NCBI RefSeq assembly: GCF_009914755.1
Contig: NC_060936.1
Direction: 5' to 3' (one strand)
From: the human T2T-CHM13v2.0 reference genome, Homo sapiens
DNA: 64,000 bases
Made by a program: the position numbers and the translations under genes. The notes beneath the pieces are model-generated. The model worked only from the letters and a program-made list of their open reading frames with translations, did not search any database and had not been told where the DNA came from. Each line of letters opens with the position of its first letter. Positions within the stretch are counted from its first letter, which is position 1. Below, piece by piece: positions 27,385 through 39,395 of the stretch.

Positions 27385-29329
27385 ATGACCATAGGTGGTG
27401 GAATAGCTTTACCGAGTTGTGTTTATGCATCTCCTGGGATGTGAGCCACATGTAGTTTAAAAATGTATTCAAGTCATTGTCATATTCTCTCTTAAAAATG
27501 CCCCCTGCTACCTTCTCCTCCTCCTTCAATTCTTATGGGAATCATTGAGGTAAATCATTCTGAGTAAAAACAAGATTACCTTGAAACAGAAATATAGAGT
27601 ATGAGCCCCAAGCATAATAATTTACTTATTCTTTGGTTGCCTTAGGTTTTGAGTAAGATAAGCTTAGGAGCATTTTTCTCGGAACTACTAGGGCTTGAAA
27701 CTACCTTTGTCCCCACCCTAGCAAATACCATTCTATAACAGGATTTCCTTTGACCATTAGAGAAAATAATCTAAATTAGTTGAAACTTATAGACTTTGAA
27801 CCTAAAGCTGGATGATGTAGTAGGGTTTAGTTTTTTTGGTATCCATGCTATATTTGAAATGTAGACGTATGATTTGTGGATTATTTTGTGCATGGGAACC
27901 CCAACACCTGAATTCGGGATCACTCTGAGGAGAGCTGCAACTGTAAATATATAGGCTCTCATGGTCATCTCTCCAGGACAGTCAGAGGCATTAGAAGTGT
28001 ATTCTATCTCTTTATTGGGCCAAGACAATCTTTTTTAAAATCCAAAACTCTTTTCCAGCTCCACCTCTCAAACAACAACAAAATAATTCCCTTAATCACA
28101 TAAATTTAGAATCCAGAATGATTTGTTTTTGAAGCCATAACTATCTAAATCTTGGCAAACCATATGTTGCAGTATAGTTACCTGCCTTGATGAGTTTATT
28201 TGAAACTTCGAGCTCCAAAAATACTTATATATGCACCCTGAAGACAAATTATTTAACTAAATATTTGGTCTGTTATTATTGTTAAAAGAGGGACAAGGCC
28301 AGGCTCATGAAATTCCATCAATCTGTGAAGGAAAAACAACCTTCCAAAAAGTTCAATTCCATAAGTAGAAGAACTATTCTTGCTATTAATAAATTCTCAG
28401 AGTGATAAAAAAATTTTATCCAGTTTTAAAAAAATTTCCAGTTTTAAAACTGGAAAAAATAAAGACCTAGACATTTTTCATTTAAAACAAATAGCTATAA
28501 AACCTTTATAAACAGAAAGAAACCAAAGATGCAAATAATAATGATTTCAAAAAAGTCAATGATAACAGCAGGAGAGAAAAAGTAACTTTATTTTTACAGG
28601 ATTTTTCACCAACCAAACTCAGCATGAAGAAAGATTGTCAGCATGGCAAAACCCATTAATGTATAAAATCAAAAAATAATAAAAAAGAATGATAAAACCA
28701 AATAGTTTGAGAAGATACTAAAGAATTTAAAGAAGAATGGAATCAAAAGACAGACTGGGGTTCAATAAGCTTAGACTGTAACCCTGGGGATTGGACTGAA
28801 TGTAAAAGAATCAGAAGTTGTGCTTGAATGAAGAAGTTTTAGCACTACATGGAAGCAACTGTAAGTTTGCTCAGTTCAAAATAATAACTAGAGACTTTCT
28901 GTTGTTCAAAGGAAATTGATAATAAGCTCTGCTTCCATGGATTCTACCAGATCAGACAGGAAACATGTCTCTCAATATCAATTTTGAAAACATATATCTG
29001 AGGGTAATCTTCTGCTCCTACCGACCGAAAGATAAGGGAATATTTCTTCTTCAGTAACTGTAAACTCAGGAATCCTGGGGATATTCTTTAATAATCATTG
29101 TTCAGGAAGATATTGATAATGAAACACTGTTTGATCCTTTTTTGGAACCAGAGATATCCACTGTACGACAATACATGCTAGCAGGCATTTCAAACACACA
29201 CACACACACACGCACACACACATTTTAAAGTAAATATTGGGACCCAAATTATATTGTGTACTAAATAGAATGTGTATGAGGCATAGCACTCAAACTGTAC
29301 CCCGTTAGCATAAATATGCTCACGCTTTT

Positions 29330-29900
29330 CCAGGTTACTCTTAACTTTTCAGAAAAAATAAAGATCTTCTCATAATATAGTTTAAGCCACTAGCCTTTGT
29401 AATTTTTCCTACTTTCCAAAACATGTTTAATGCTGATTTTTTTTTCTTTTACTTCTCTTTGTTACTCCAGTAATAGGGTTATTTTATCTTTAAGCCTTGG
29501 AATTTATTCCTGGATTTTACTTACTATAGATCATCTTAAAGTGACACAAATCCAGTTTAAATTTATGCCCCTGGCCTCTAATCACGTACATGTTTTGAGT
29601 AGGGTACATTTTTATCCTGGGGTTATAATGTTCTGTTTAATTATCCTGAATGACTTCCTATTTGGTATCTTCTTCATCTCCTTCCCTCTTATGTAATTTG
29701 TGCTGTGGCTTAATTATCTCTGTAAAATTTGATTTCTCATCTTCATCATGCTTTCTTCAACGTATCAGGGGTTATCAATCAACCTTGCTGGATGTACATC
29801 TTCAACTTTCACCATCTCATCATCAAAGTGGCAGGGATGGATATTTGAAAGGGGATATCAGAAATTCTTCTTTTTTCCTAGGGGAAGTTTGTTTTTAAGT
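29330..29900 (-). mobile_element. Possible very old L1/HAL1 ORF1-like remnant
   Basis: Purine-rich minus strand with L1-ORF1-like texture and many stops; no diagnostic motif. Confidence 0.25.
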
Positions 29901-30339
29901 GTATTTTCAGGAAACTTCTTTTTCAAACAGAAACATGGCATGAAAAGAGACCAAAGGATTTCTGATAGAATGTAATTTAAGAAAAGGAAAAAGCTATGAT
30001 AAGACCTATGAAAGATGAAGCTGTCATTGTAATGTGGATTCTGAGCACTAGGCTTTATGTGTCAGTGGGTGAGTGAAGTCTATACCAAGCATCATGCTCA
30101 TTACATGTACTATTCTTCAAAAATCCTGTGTTATTAAAATAGCACTCCAAATATATTGGGAGAGCTACCTGAAACAGAGTCTAACTGGTACTGTGATCAT
30201 TATAACTAGTACTCTCCTGGTGTTCATTCTTAAGTACTAGTGTTAATTCAGATGTTAATATTGGATATTGTATATTCAGTGCCCTGTTAGAGAATTTTTT
30301 GCTGGTACTGAAGAAACGCTATTTTTTCTACTTGTATTC

Positions 30340-30630
30340 TTTATTTATTTTATTAACGTAACATTTAATATATATAAAATAGTATTTAGTACAGTGGTAG
30401 GGTATATGCATAACAGTATGATAGAATCATAAAAGACACCTGCCTAATGCAGGTACTGAAATATTTTCAGTAATAAGAATCTACCAATGTGCCCCTCTTT
30501 TATTCTATTTCCCTATCTTCCTGTTTGGTAAAAATAATATTATACTGACATAGTCTTTGGGTACTTTTTAAAAAATATGGGTCTAAAATTCATCTATACT
30601 TTTTTGTATTGCTCTACTTCATTCATTTAG
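30340..30630 (-). mobile_element. Old L1M 3'-end fragment
   Basis: T-rich start followed by L1ME-like 3'UTR texture. Confidence 0.35.
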
Positions 30631-32507
30631 TTGTTTTTTGATATGTCGTGGTTTCTCTGTGCTTTACTTAATAGTTTTATTGTCAATGGACATTCCCAAA
30701 CTCTAGTTTCCTTGGGCACGGTGTTGTATAAATGGGGCTAGTCATAGGGAAAAGGTAACTAAGATAAAACCTACTGTTTAATATCATCTTGCTGCAGCGT
30801 GTTTGATCATGGTTAATAATCCCAGGAAATGTGAATTATTCTAATGGTTCTTGGGCTCATATGACATGTATTTTGAGTACCATACTCTCTCAGATTATAG
30901 TAAGTCTATAAATATAATAGATGTAATACATTATACATTATGGCACTTTCTATCCACAGCAGGTAAAAAATCTAGCCCTTGAGAGATTAGCAACATTTAC
31001 CAAATAAGATAAAATAGCATTTATTTAACACTAAGTGTACAGGATGTTAAAGTTACTCTTGCTATAGATAAATGATGAAAAACTCTTTATGGATACAGAA
31101 TACATGTTAATATTTAAACAATTGAGGAAGCTGTTTTCAGCTTGTACTCCAAGAAGGAAAAGTAGTTTTTTTCCACAAAAACAGCTTGAAAATATCCCTA
31201 GTCGTTGCGAAACTGCCTACAAATACAATGGAAAGGAAAATATAGACCCTTTACAAGGAAGCCCAAGCTTAGTTTAAAAAGAGAGACAGTAAGCCATCAG
31301 CAAATTTAGCCATTTTTGTTAATCAGCAAATCAGCAAATCAGCAAAACTGAGGCCTGATATTTTGCAGAGCCTGCTGGAGGAAGTCAACAACTCCCACAG
31401 AAATCAACTAATAAAAATTCAAAAACAAAGACTGCATGAGGTGAGCATTAAAACTTCCCATGTTTAGCAAAAAGAGTTCTGAAATAACAAATAGCATCCC
31501 AACCAGGTAGTTTAGAGCAAGGTAATGTGGTACTTTCTAAAGACAATCCATTTAATAAGAAAAATGCAAAGTGTACAAAAAGAATTACAACAGTTTTTCC
31601 TCTGATAGAAATGAGGTTGGCATTATAATCCCTCCATATATTATTGTACTTTATAGTCTGTCATATATATATGCTTTAATTTCAAAGTCAATTTTATTCA
31701 CTTTCAAGAAACACTTTAGTCACCTTCATAAACCCCCACGTTTAAAAAAAAATTTAAAAAAAAGGCTCTAGATGTCAAAAACATACAGGCGCGTGGATGG
31801 ATTGAATGACCACAGCCAAATTCTAAGATTTGAAGTTCCATTACTTGGAGTGGGTGTAGTTAGGCAAGCATCCCTTTCTTAGACAGTACCATGTCTCTGC
31901 CACTTAATTCTCTCCCATATGCTTACAAAAAACATTGTTACATAGTCAGGAGGAGAAGCTATAGAGCTTGGAACCATTAGTTTAGTTCTCTTTCTTCCAC
32001 CATTGCTGCCTAAGTGCCTGTTCCAATTGTTAACAATATTTGTGAAAAATAAAATGTTGACATCCTTTGCCCCTAAAGCTATATGTCTATTTAACTAAGG
32101 TAGCTTTGTACTTTAACCCCAACTAGCTATCTTTAAACATTACATCATTAGTTACAACATAGGTTGAGTGAGAAATCATGAATGGACGTGAGCCATTCAT
32201 GATCATTAAAGGAAAATCAACTCCAATACAGTCTATATTGCTCTTAGGCAATCTGTATCATGTTTGCGCCCAGAGTTGTGCATTACATTATATGATATCC
32301 TTTGCCAAGGACAATTGAAAGTCTTAAACATATAAAGGGTTATTGTACAAAGGATGCTGTTAAGCAGTCAGCCATCTGTATATGAGCTTAAATTTTAGCT
32401 GCTGGGATTTAGGATGCTCACGATCATTGCTGTTATTGACAGAACATTCCTGGAGTATGGATCAGCAGACAGGAGATGTTTGAGAACATACTAATGTGGG
32501 ATTAGGA

Positions 32508-32661
32508 GCACTGGCACTGAAACAGGTTTCCAAGGGAAACTTGTAGATCTCCTTTCCTGGAACCTTTTGATCGACGCCTTACCATCTGGCATAGCTAAAA
32601 TCTGTCCTGCCTGAAGCAGAACTGATGATCTAATGTCTAGAGGTCGCTTCCAAGCCTATGA
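32508..32661 (+). mobile_element. CR1/L3 LINE 3' end
   Basis: cactgaaacaggtttccaagggaaacttgtagatctcc...tcctgcctgaagcag...gaggtcgcttccaagcctatga matches recalled L3 3' terminus. Confidence 0.72.
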
Positions 32662-33994
32662 CAGAGAACTAAATTCAAGACAATACAAAGAACAAAGCAT
32701 GGTGTCAAATAAATTGTTCATATTCTTCTTAAGTTCTCAATTCCCTGCAGCAACAGATGAATCTGAACAATAGTTATAGAAATAAAATAAATAATCTCAC
32801 AATTAACTAGGGTGTACATTGCATTGTGACTATTATGTTTATCATTTAATCATAATTTAAGCTAGATATCACAAAAGGAGAAACAGACCTGGTAGTGAAA
32901 ACCTTATTATACTGATTAGAATGTCTTTCTATGAGGTATTGTGGAATGATGGTGATGATTTTACAAGCTAAATTACTAGGTTTGAGGAGTTCCAGGCACG
33001 TGTAAGAGTAAGTGCACTAGACTTCCCTAATAAAGCTTTCTTTTTCTTGTATTTTAACACAAGGGTCTGGTTCTGCACTATCTTGGCCTCACGTTTCACA
33101 CACTATAGAAACTTTTCACAGCAGCCCTATTAAAGAAGTGCTTAAACCCCAAGCTTTGTTTTCCCACTGCTTTTACCTTAAATTAGATCTTTCATTGTTT
33201 TCTTTCCTTTTGAATACATTCATCCAGTGATTATTTGATCACCTTGGAAGAACATTATACTGTCTGAAAGATATGTACCATGCTGACTTCACTTACGCCA
33301 TATTGCACTCACTCTGCAAGCTCTTCAACAAGACATGCTATGAAATCACCTACTCTCTCTCACTGTTTCAAACAGACCTTTGCCACTGCAGATCAAGACT
33401 TTTAAAGTTCACTTCCTGACTTGCAGCAGCTCTTTGAATGTTTTCCAAGCTTGCAAGCATGCTGTTGTAAAGTAAAAGTGAAGCTTTTAAAGTTTGCACA
33501 GCAGCAGGGATTCACTCCTTTAATGGAGAAAATTCAAATTTGCAATCCCAAACTGGCAACTTGGGGTGTCACATTTCCCACAATCTGTTGTGAGGCCTGC
33601 AGGTGTGACAACTTTGCCACATGTTTAAATGAGCACTACTGCTCCTCCTATATGCTGCAGAATTGGCGATTTATCTCCTTCTGTTCAATTTGCTTTCTGC
33701 AGATCATTTTCAGAAACCAATTTAGAGGAATGCACTCTAATCCAAGGACATTTCTGCTTTATTTTCCTTTCATTGTGAATCTCTTGATAACCCCGACCAT
33801 TTACAGGTAAACCAAGTATTATTCCCATGCATTTAATAAAACCGCATCACATCAAACACAGACTGGAAATCAAATCTCAGATTTCAAAATAATAGTACAG
33901 ATAGGGTTTCTTTTGATTCACTATTATCTTACTTCTATCTCTCACCTAAGCTTAATATAGGAGATAGTAAGGAAGCAGTAGTACAAATAGAATA

Positions 33995-34130
33995 TTTAGA
34001 ATCACAGAACCAAGAACTTGGTCAGCTGCTGTGTGATTTTGTCTAAGCTGCCTAACTTCTCAAAGCCCTATGCTCCTATCTTCAAAATAAGAGAGAAATA
34101 GGGTTCATGTGAGAAACAAATGAGATTACA
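33995..34130 (+). mobile_element. MIR fragment
   Basis: gctgtgtgattttgtctaagctgcctaacttctc...tcctatcttcaaaataaga. Confidence 0.55.
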
Positions 34131-34984
34131 TAATCTATTTAGCCAATGAACCATTCAGCAAACATTTATCAAGGACCAATTTGCTCTATGGATCAGATTA
34201 AGGGGGAATACAATACAAAAGACAAAATATTGATCCAAAGTGAAAACACCATGTTAATCTTAAAACACTATACTTTTATCAGATGTTGCTGTTACAATCT
34301 AAATTGGAAGCCCCAAACTAGCTAAGGAGTCAATAAACTGTATTGATAATCTTACCATTTTAAATCACAGTAAATATACAGTGATGCAGGTAGTAAAAAT
34401 ATGAAATTTGGGAGGTAATTTTATGTTTTGTATTAGAAATTCTGGAAAAAACTGATGAGAAAAAAATATTTTTCTTGTTCCAATCCTGAAAACATACAAG
34501 CAATTTTGTGTCAAATTATTGTTATAATGGCAGATAATAGCTCCAAAGTTTTATTGTTGTTTATTTCCAATGCTGTTGAGTAAATGTACGCCTGGATTTA
34601 GCAAATACATGAAATACAATATGCCCTCAATGTTCAATTGTATCAAAAGAAAATGTAATGCAATTCCATTTTTTTTTCTCTTCACAATGAAGAGAAAATC
34701 AAGACAACATTATTAGACACAGTTTGGCCCAGCCCTGTGCTAGGCTAACATAAAAACACAAATTTTATGATTAGATACTTTACAATTGATTCTAGAGAAA
34801 TAGGCTTGACATATATGAAACAACTAATATACAGTGTCACATGTTAGGGATAGTACACAAACTTCACGAAGATTGCAAACTCAGAAATATTTTACTAGTA
34901 GACAATGATTACTGTAAGGATTTTCAATGAAGATTTCACTAGAGGATAAATCCCACTCTTCAGGATTAATTGGGTTTCTCCGCT

Positions 34985-35085
34985 AGCTCCCCTGCAAGTT
35001 TCTGATTCAGTAGATCTGGAATGTGATTCCATAATTTGCATTTCCAAGAAGTTACCAGGCAATGTTGATGCTGATCTGGGAACCA
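34985..35085. mobile_element. MER5A hAT-Charlie fragment
   Basis: gtttctgattcagtagatctgg...aatttgcatttccaagaagttaccagg..tgttgatgctg..ctgggaacca. Confidence 0.8.
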
Positions 35086-36791
35086 TTCATCCTAGGATGA
35101 ATCCTATAAGCAATTAACAAACAGGACAAATGTTTTAGTCTCTTTGTATCTCTGGAATGAAATTGACGGCAAGAATATATAGTGGCTTACATTTTGTCAA
35201 TCATCTTTTCTTAAGATAGGCGATAGATACATGGGAGTTTCATATACTGTCATCTATATTTGTGTGCAAAAGTTAGTTTATAATTTCAAAAATGGGAATG
35301 CCATAAAGAAAATTATGCTTAATAATACAGTGTTATATAGAAATATAATAAGTTGTATTGTGCAGAATGGATTTAGTGGGAGTGACAGGAGAAAGGTAAT
35401 AAAGATGCCTGTTGAGAGGTTATCATTCATATTTGCTTCATAGCTACTGGATTTCTTGTTATTTCTATGACCTTTCTAAACAATGTTAGCATAGCACTCC
35501 ACTTGGAGTTAATCGTCAGGAGAGTGTTTTTCAGTGGCTTATATAACGTTAAAATTCACTGACTTTATTATTATAATTAGCTAATCAATTGAAGTTGAGT
35601 TTGCTTACCTGATAAAATTGGCATTGCTTAATACCTTAATATCTTGAGGTGAGGGATGGGGTAGGTAAGGAAGAAACTCAATAACACTTGATTTTATAGC
35701 ATTACATGCAAATAATTAAATATTAAATTTAAAAATTCAATAATTTTCCTCTCTATAGATATACCTGGCTAATATTGTCAAAAATAGCTTTACTTGCAAA
35801 ATTAATTATATTTTAATTTGTGGGTTATATTATTAATATTCTGATACTGTCATGGATGCAATAAGCTAAACATGTAAGAATCTTTAAAAAGAAATAAGAA
35901 AAATTTCACTAAATGAGTTATGTATAATTTTTAAGGTGTTTTTGCTATTATGACTTCCTGTTAGTCTCATTATTCACATTTCTCAATTGCTTTTGTGTAC
36001 TACTAGTTATAGGGAGATAGGTTCTTGGCTGTGAGTCTATATATATATATACATTTATATATATATATAATATTGGTAAATGTTAGATGATCAGTTATCA
36101 AAATTCAGTAATTTAAGCTTTGCTAGCATCTAGTGAATAATGAATTCAAACAAAGAGATAATTCTTTAGTAACTGGTTTAAACTCTGGATCAATCTAATT
36201 GAGGCTTTCTTATCAATATCAACTTTCATTGTTAAGCCAACTTGCACATTAGGGAAAATAATTTTCTCTTTCTATTAGCTATTACTGAGCTACTACTGAG
36301 GTGAATGGTGGTGTGATTTTTATTTTCAGCCTAGCAAATAGAGCACTTGAGAAAGCAAATTTTGTGTTACATAATCACATAATGCATTTCAGTGTCTAAC
36401 ATAAGTTTCCTTTGAACTCTCAGCTCTTTTGGGATAATGGCTTAGCTGCTTTCTGATTTTAATTTCGTCTATGATTTTAGAAAGAGTCCAAAGTGGTGAT
36501 GATAAAGGTCAAAGTAATTTCCATGGCGCCTGATAGCCAGTGAATGTTTGCAAGCTCTTATTTAAATGTGACCAATTGAAACACACTTACTAAGATATTA
36601 TGAAAAATGATGACGATGATGGTGATGATGATGATTTGAATGCTGAAGCTATAACTGATACTTAGATATGTAGGCCAAATTGAAGATATGTTGAATTAGA
36701 GACTTTAACCTAACCAGTCTTTTAACTATCTTTATGGAAAAAAAAGTTAAATAATTATAGATAAATAATGAAAAGGAAATCTTCACATACG

Positions 36792-37047
36792 GTAGTACAT
36801 TGTGGAGATAAAGAGCATGAAAACAGGGACCAAACTCTTGGAGATCAAACCCTCGCTCTGCCTCTTACTGGCTGCATGATCCTAGGCATGTTACACATCC
36901 TTCTCATCCCTCAGTTTTCTAATATATAAAAGAAGGATAATGATAGCACATGTCACATAGAGTTGATTTGAGAATTAAATGAATCAGTTTCTAAAGCACT
37001 TAAAGCAGTGCCTGGAAGACAGTAAGAACCAATTGAATGTTTGTTAA
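36792..37047 (+). mobile_element. Near full-length MIR
   Basis: gctctgcctcttactggctgcatgatcctaggca; cctcagttttc; gagaattaaatga; cagtgcctgg..acagtaag. Confidence 0.85.
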
Positions 37048-37449
37048 GCAAAACACTTTGAGTAATAAAAACAACCTAGTATGGATAAACCTGACGTAGA
37101 GATTATGAGTCTTGGTTTTAAACAGGTTATCAAATTCTTCCAAGTTCTATTTAATAATTTACTCTCATGACTTCCCTCTATTTCCTGCTTGTTCTCCAAA
37201 TTTGGATGTAAACTCTATAGATTTATAATAGAGGTATTTACATGGTAAATAATTACTTTATAGTTAAAATATTTATTGCCTGATAGTTATTCCAACATTG
37301 TTTTATAAAAATGTAATAAACTATTCTCTCTGTCATAAAATATGTAATCAACAATTGGCGTATATGTATCTCTTATCAAGTAGGAATGCCAAACTAGCTC
37401 ACCTATTTAATTTGTTTTAAATAAGGGGATTATTAACATTGTATTGTCT

Positions 37450-37724
37450 TAAATTTCAGTTACACAGGAGAAATAAGTTTACTCTTAAACTATATTGTAC
37501 ATTATATATTGTACAACATAGTGACTACACAATGTATTGTATTCTCAAAAAATGCTACGAATGGATGTAAAGTGTTTTCATCACAAAAATAAGTGTGTGA
37601 GGCAATACATATGTTAATTAGCTAGATTTCATCATTCCACACTGTATATATACTTCAAGACATCATGTCGTACATGACAAATATCCATAAATTTTATCTG
37701 TCAATTTAAAAATAAAAAAAAAAA
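37450..37724 (+). mobile_element. L1MA-type 3' end
   Basis: aaatttcagtta; caacatagtgacta; tatgttaattagctagattt; tgtcaatttaaaaat + A tail. Confidence 0.85.
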
Positions 37725-38184
37725 CACTCAGGTTGCAATCTATCTGCTGGAATTAAATGCAAGGTCAGGAATTAGCAACCTACTATTTTCATGGAGGATC
37801 ATGATTAGATATTTGTGTATAACCTTAGTGATAACTACAGTCCATAAAATATAAAATTGTAAGATGATAAAAAGTTATATTGCCCTTAATATTTTTATTT
37901 CTATACGCAAGAGTTTATCAAGTTGTAAAGAGTTACATACCCCTTTTTATCTTTGGAATAAAAAAAGAATTGTAAAATTGTAAAATTTATCAGGTGGAAG
38001 AGACTCTATGTTACGTAGTTTGTGTTCAGAAACTGGCCTCATGGACATATAATGGCCTCATGGACACTTAATTGCAAACCAGGTCTTGAATTGTAGGATT
38101 TGCAGAAATCGCATCTGATAGTTTTTCCTTCGTCTTCTTCAACTTCCACATGCACACATAGTGTAAGAATTAGTACTTCTTCAG

Positions 38185-38490
38185 TCATTATTATGTGCAG
38201 CATACTGTTTAACATATTTTCCGTATTATTAGGTTGGTGCAAAAGTAATTGCAGGTTCTGCAATTGAAACTATTGCAAAAACCGCAAATACGTTTGCACC
38301 AACCTAATAACTCATGTTATCTTCACAAACACCTTATGAAATTGTCATTGTTATTATCCTGATTTTACTGATGAGAAAACTATAAAAAAGAGCAAACTAA
38401 CTAACTTGATCCAAAATATAGAGAAAGTGGCAGATTTGGTAGTTTGACTTAGGCAGTTCAACTTCAGAAGCCAAGCTTTTAATCACCAAC
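38185..38490 (-). mobile_element. MIR interrupted by MADE1
   Basis: tcttcacaaacaccttatga; attttactgatgagaaaact; cttcagaagccaagcttttaatcac. Confidence 0.75.
38229..38307. mobile_element. MADE1 (Hsmar1-derived MITE)
   Basis: 79-bp near-palindrome ttaggttggtgcaaaagtaattgc...gcaaatacgtttgcaccaacctaa; TA duplication at 38227-38228 and 38308-38309. Confidence 0.95.
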
Positions 38491-39269
38491 ATACACTATC
38501 TCTTCCACATGTTATCCATTGGATCAAAGATGAAATCCATGACAACCAGTTTAAGATGCAACTAAGAGTAGTCAGTTTCTGAAGCGGTTGCACCCATACT
38601 CCTCTTTGGGAGCTTAGGTGGAAGAACTTGATTGAATTATCACCATTCTTAACCTTGACAGAGAAGTTCAACCTTGTAGTCAATGTATCTTAATTTCTAA
38701 TACAAAACAGTAAATTAGGCTTGAAAAAAATGTAAGATGCTTACATGATATTACTTTCTTTCAATATCTTTTAAGTCTCATGTTATTGATGCCTAAGATA
38801 TTAGGCCCTATTTTAGCAACCTAATTTTATTACTTTAAAGACTTGATATATACTTTATTTCATTATCAGTCAATATTAAAAGCTATAAAAGTGTGAGTTT
38901 TTAAAAAATAAGCAGTCAAGGACTTATAATTTAAATATTTGAGAAAATGTGGTTCATAAGCTTCTAATAGCAATTGGTTGTACTTCTATGTCTCTCCTGT
39001 CTTTTTTTAAAAAAATTTTTAGGCTTTACCATTTCTTTTGTCTTGGTCTATGTTTAGGCATAACATGGCAGAATAATTACAATTTTTATAATAGCTTATC
39101 CTTATTCTTTCAAAGAAACTTGTTATATGAAATGGTGTGTTTTCATTTTTAAATGCTCCAAATATATTGCATACTAAAAACTCTTAAGAAACATTGTCAT
39201 TTTCTCTTTTCATATTTTGTAAAACTAATATGAATTTTACATATTCATATTATGAATGTAAAAACTTCA

Positions 39270-39395
39270 TAATTTTAGAACTGAAAGTGACTGCAGTTAA
39301 CTAGTCCTAAGCCCTGATTTTTTTCAAATTGGAAAACTAAATTCCAAATAGATTAGATTACATTCCCAAATAAATCATCCTGGTTTGTGATACAT
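39270..39395 (-). mobile_element. MIR3/MIRc fragment
   Basis: aattttagaactgaaagtgac...ctagtcc...ggaaaactaa. Confidence 0.45.

Noticed and set aside
32175-32203. 11-bp stem hairpin (similar short ones near 7442-7465, 13492-13505, 24963-24990, 39229-39271, 53847-53871)
   Set aside because: Short AT-rich inverted repeats occur at about this frequency by chance or slippage
33421-33810. 129-aa Cys-rich ORF in unique DNA
   Set aside because: TTG start, no recognisable domain and no exon structure; chance ORF
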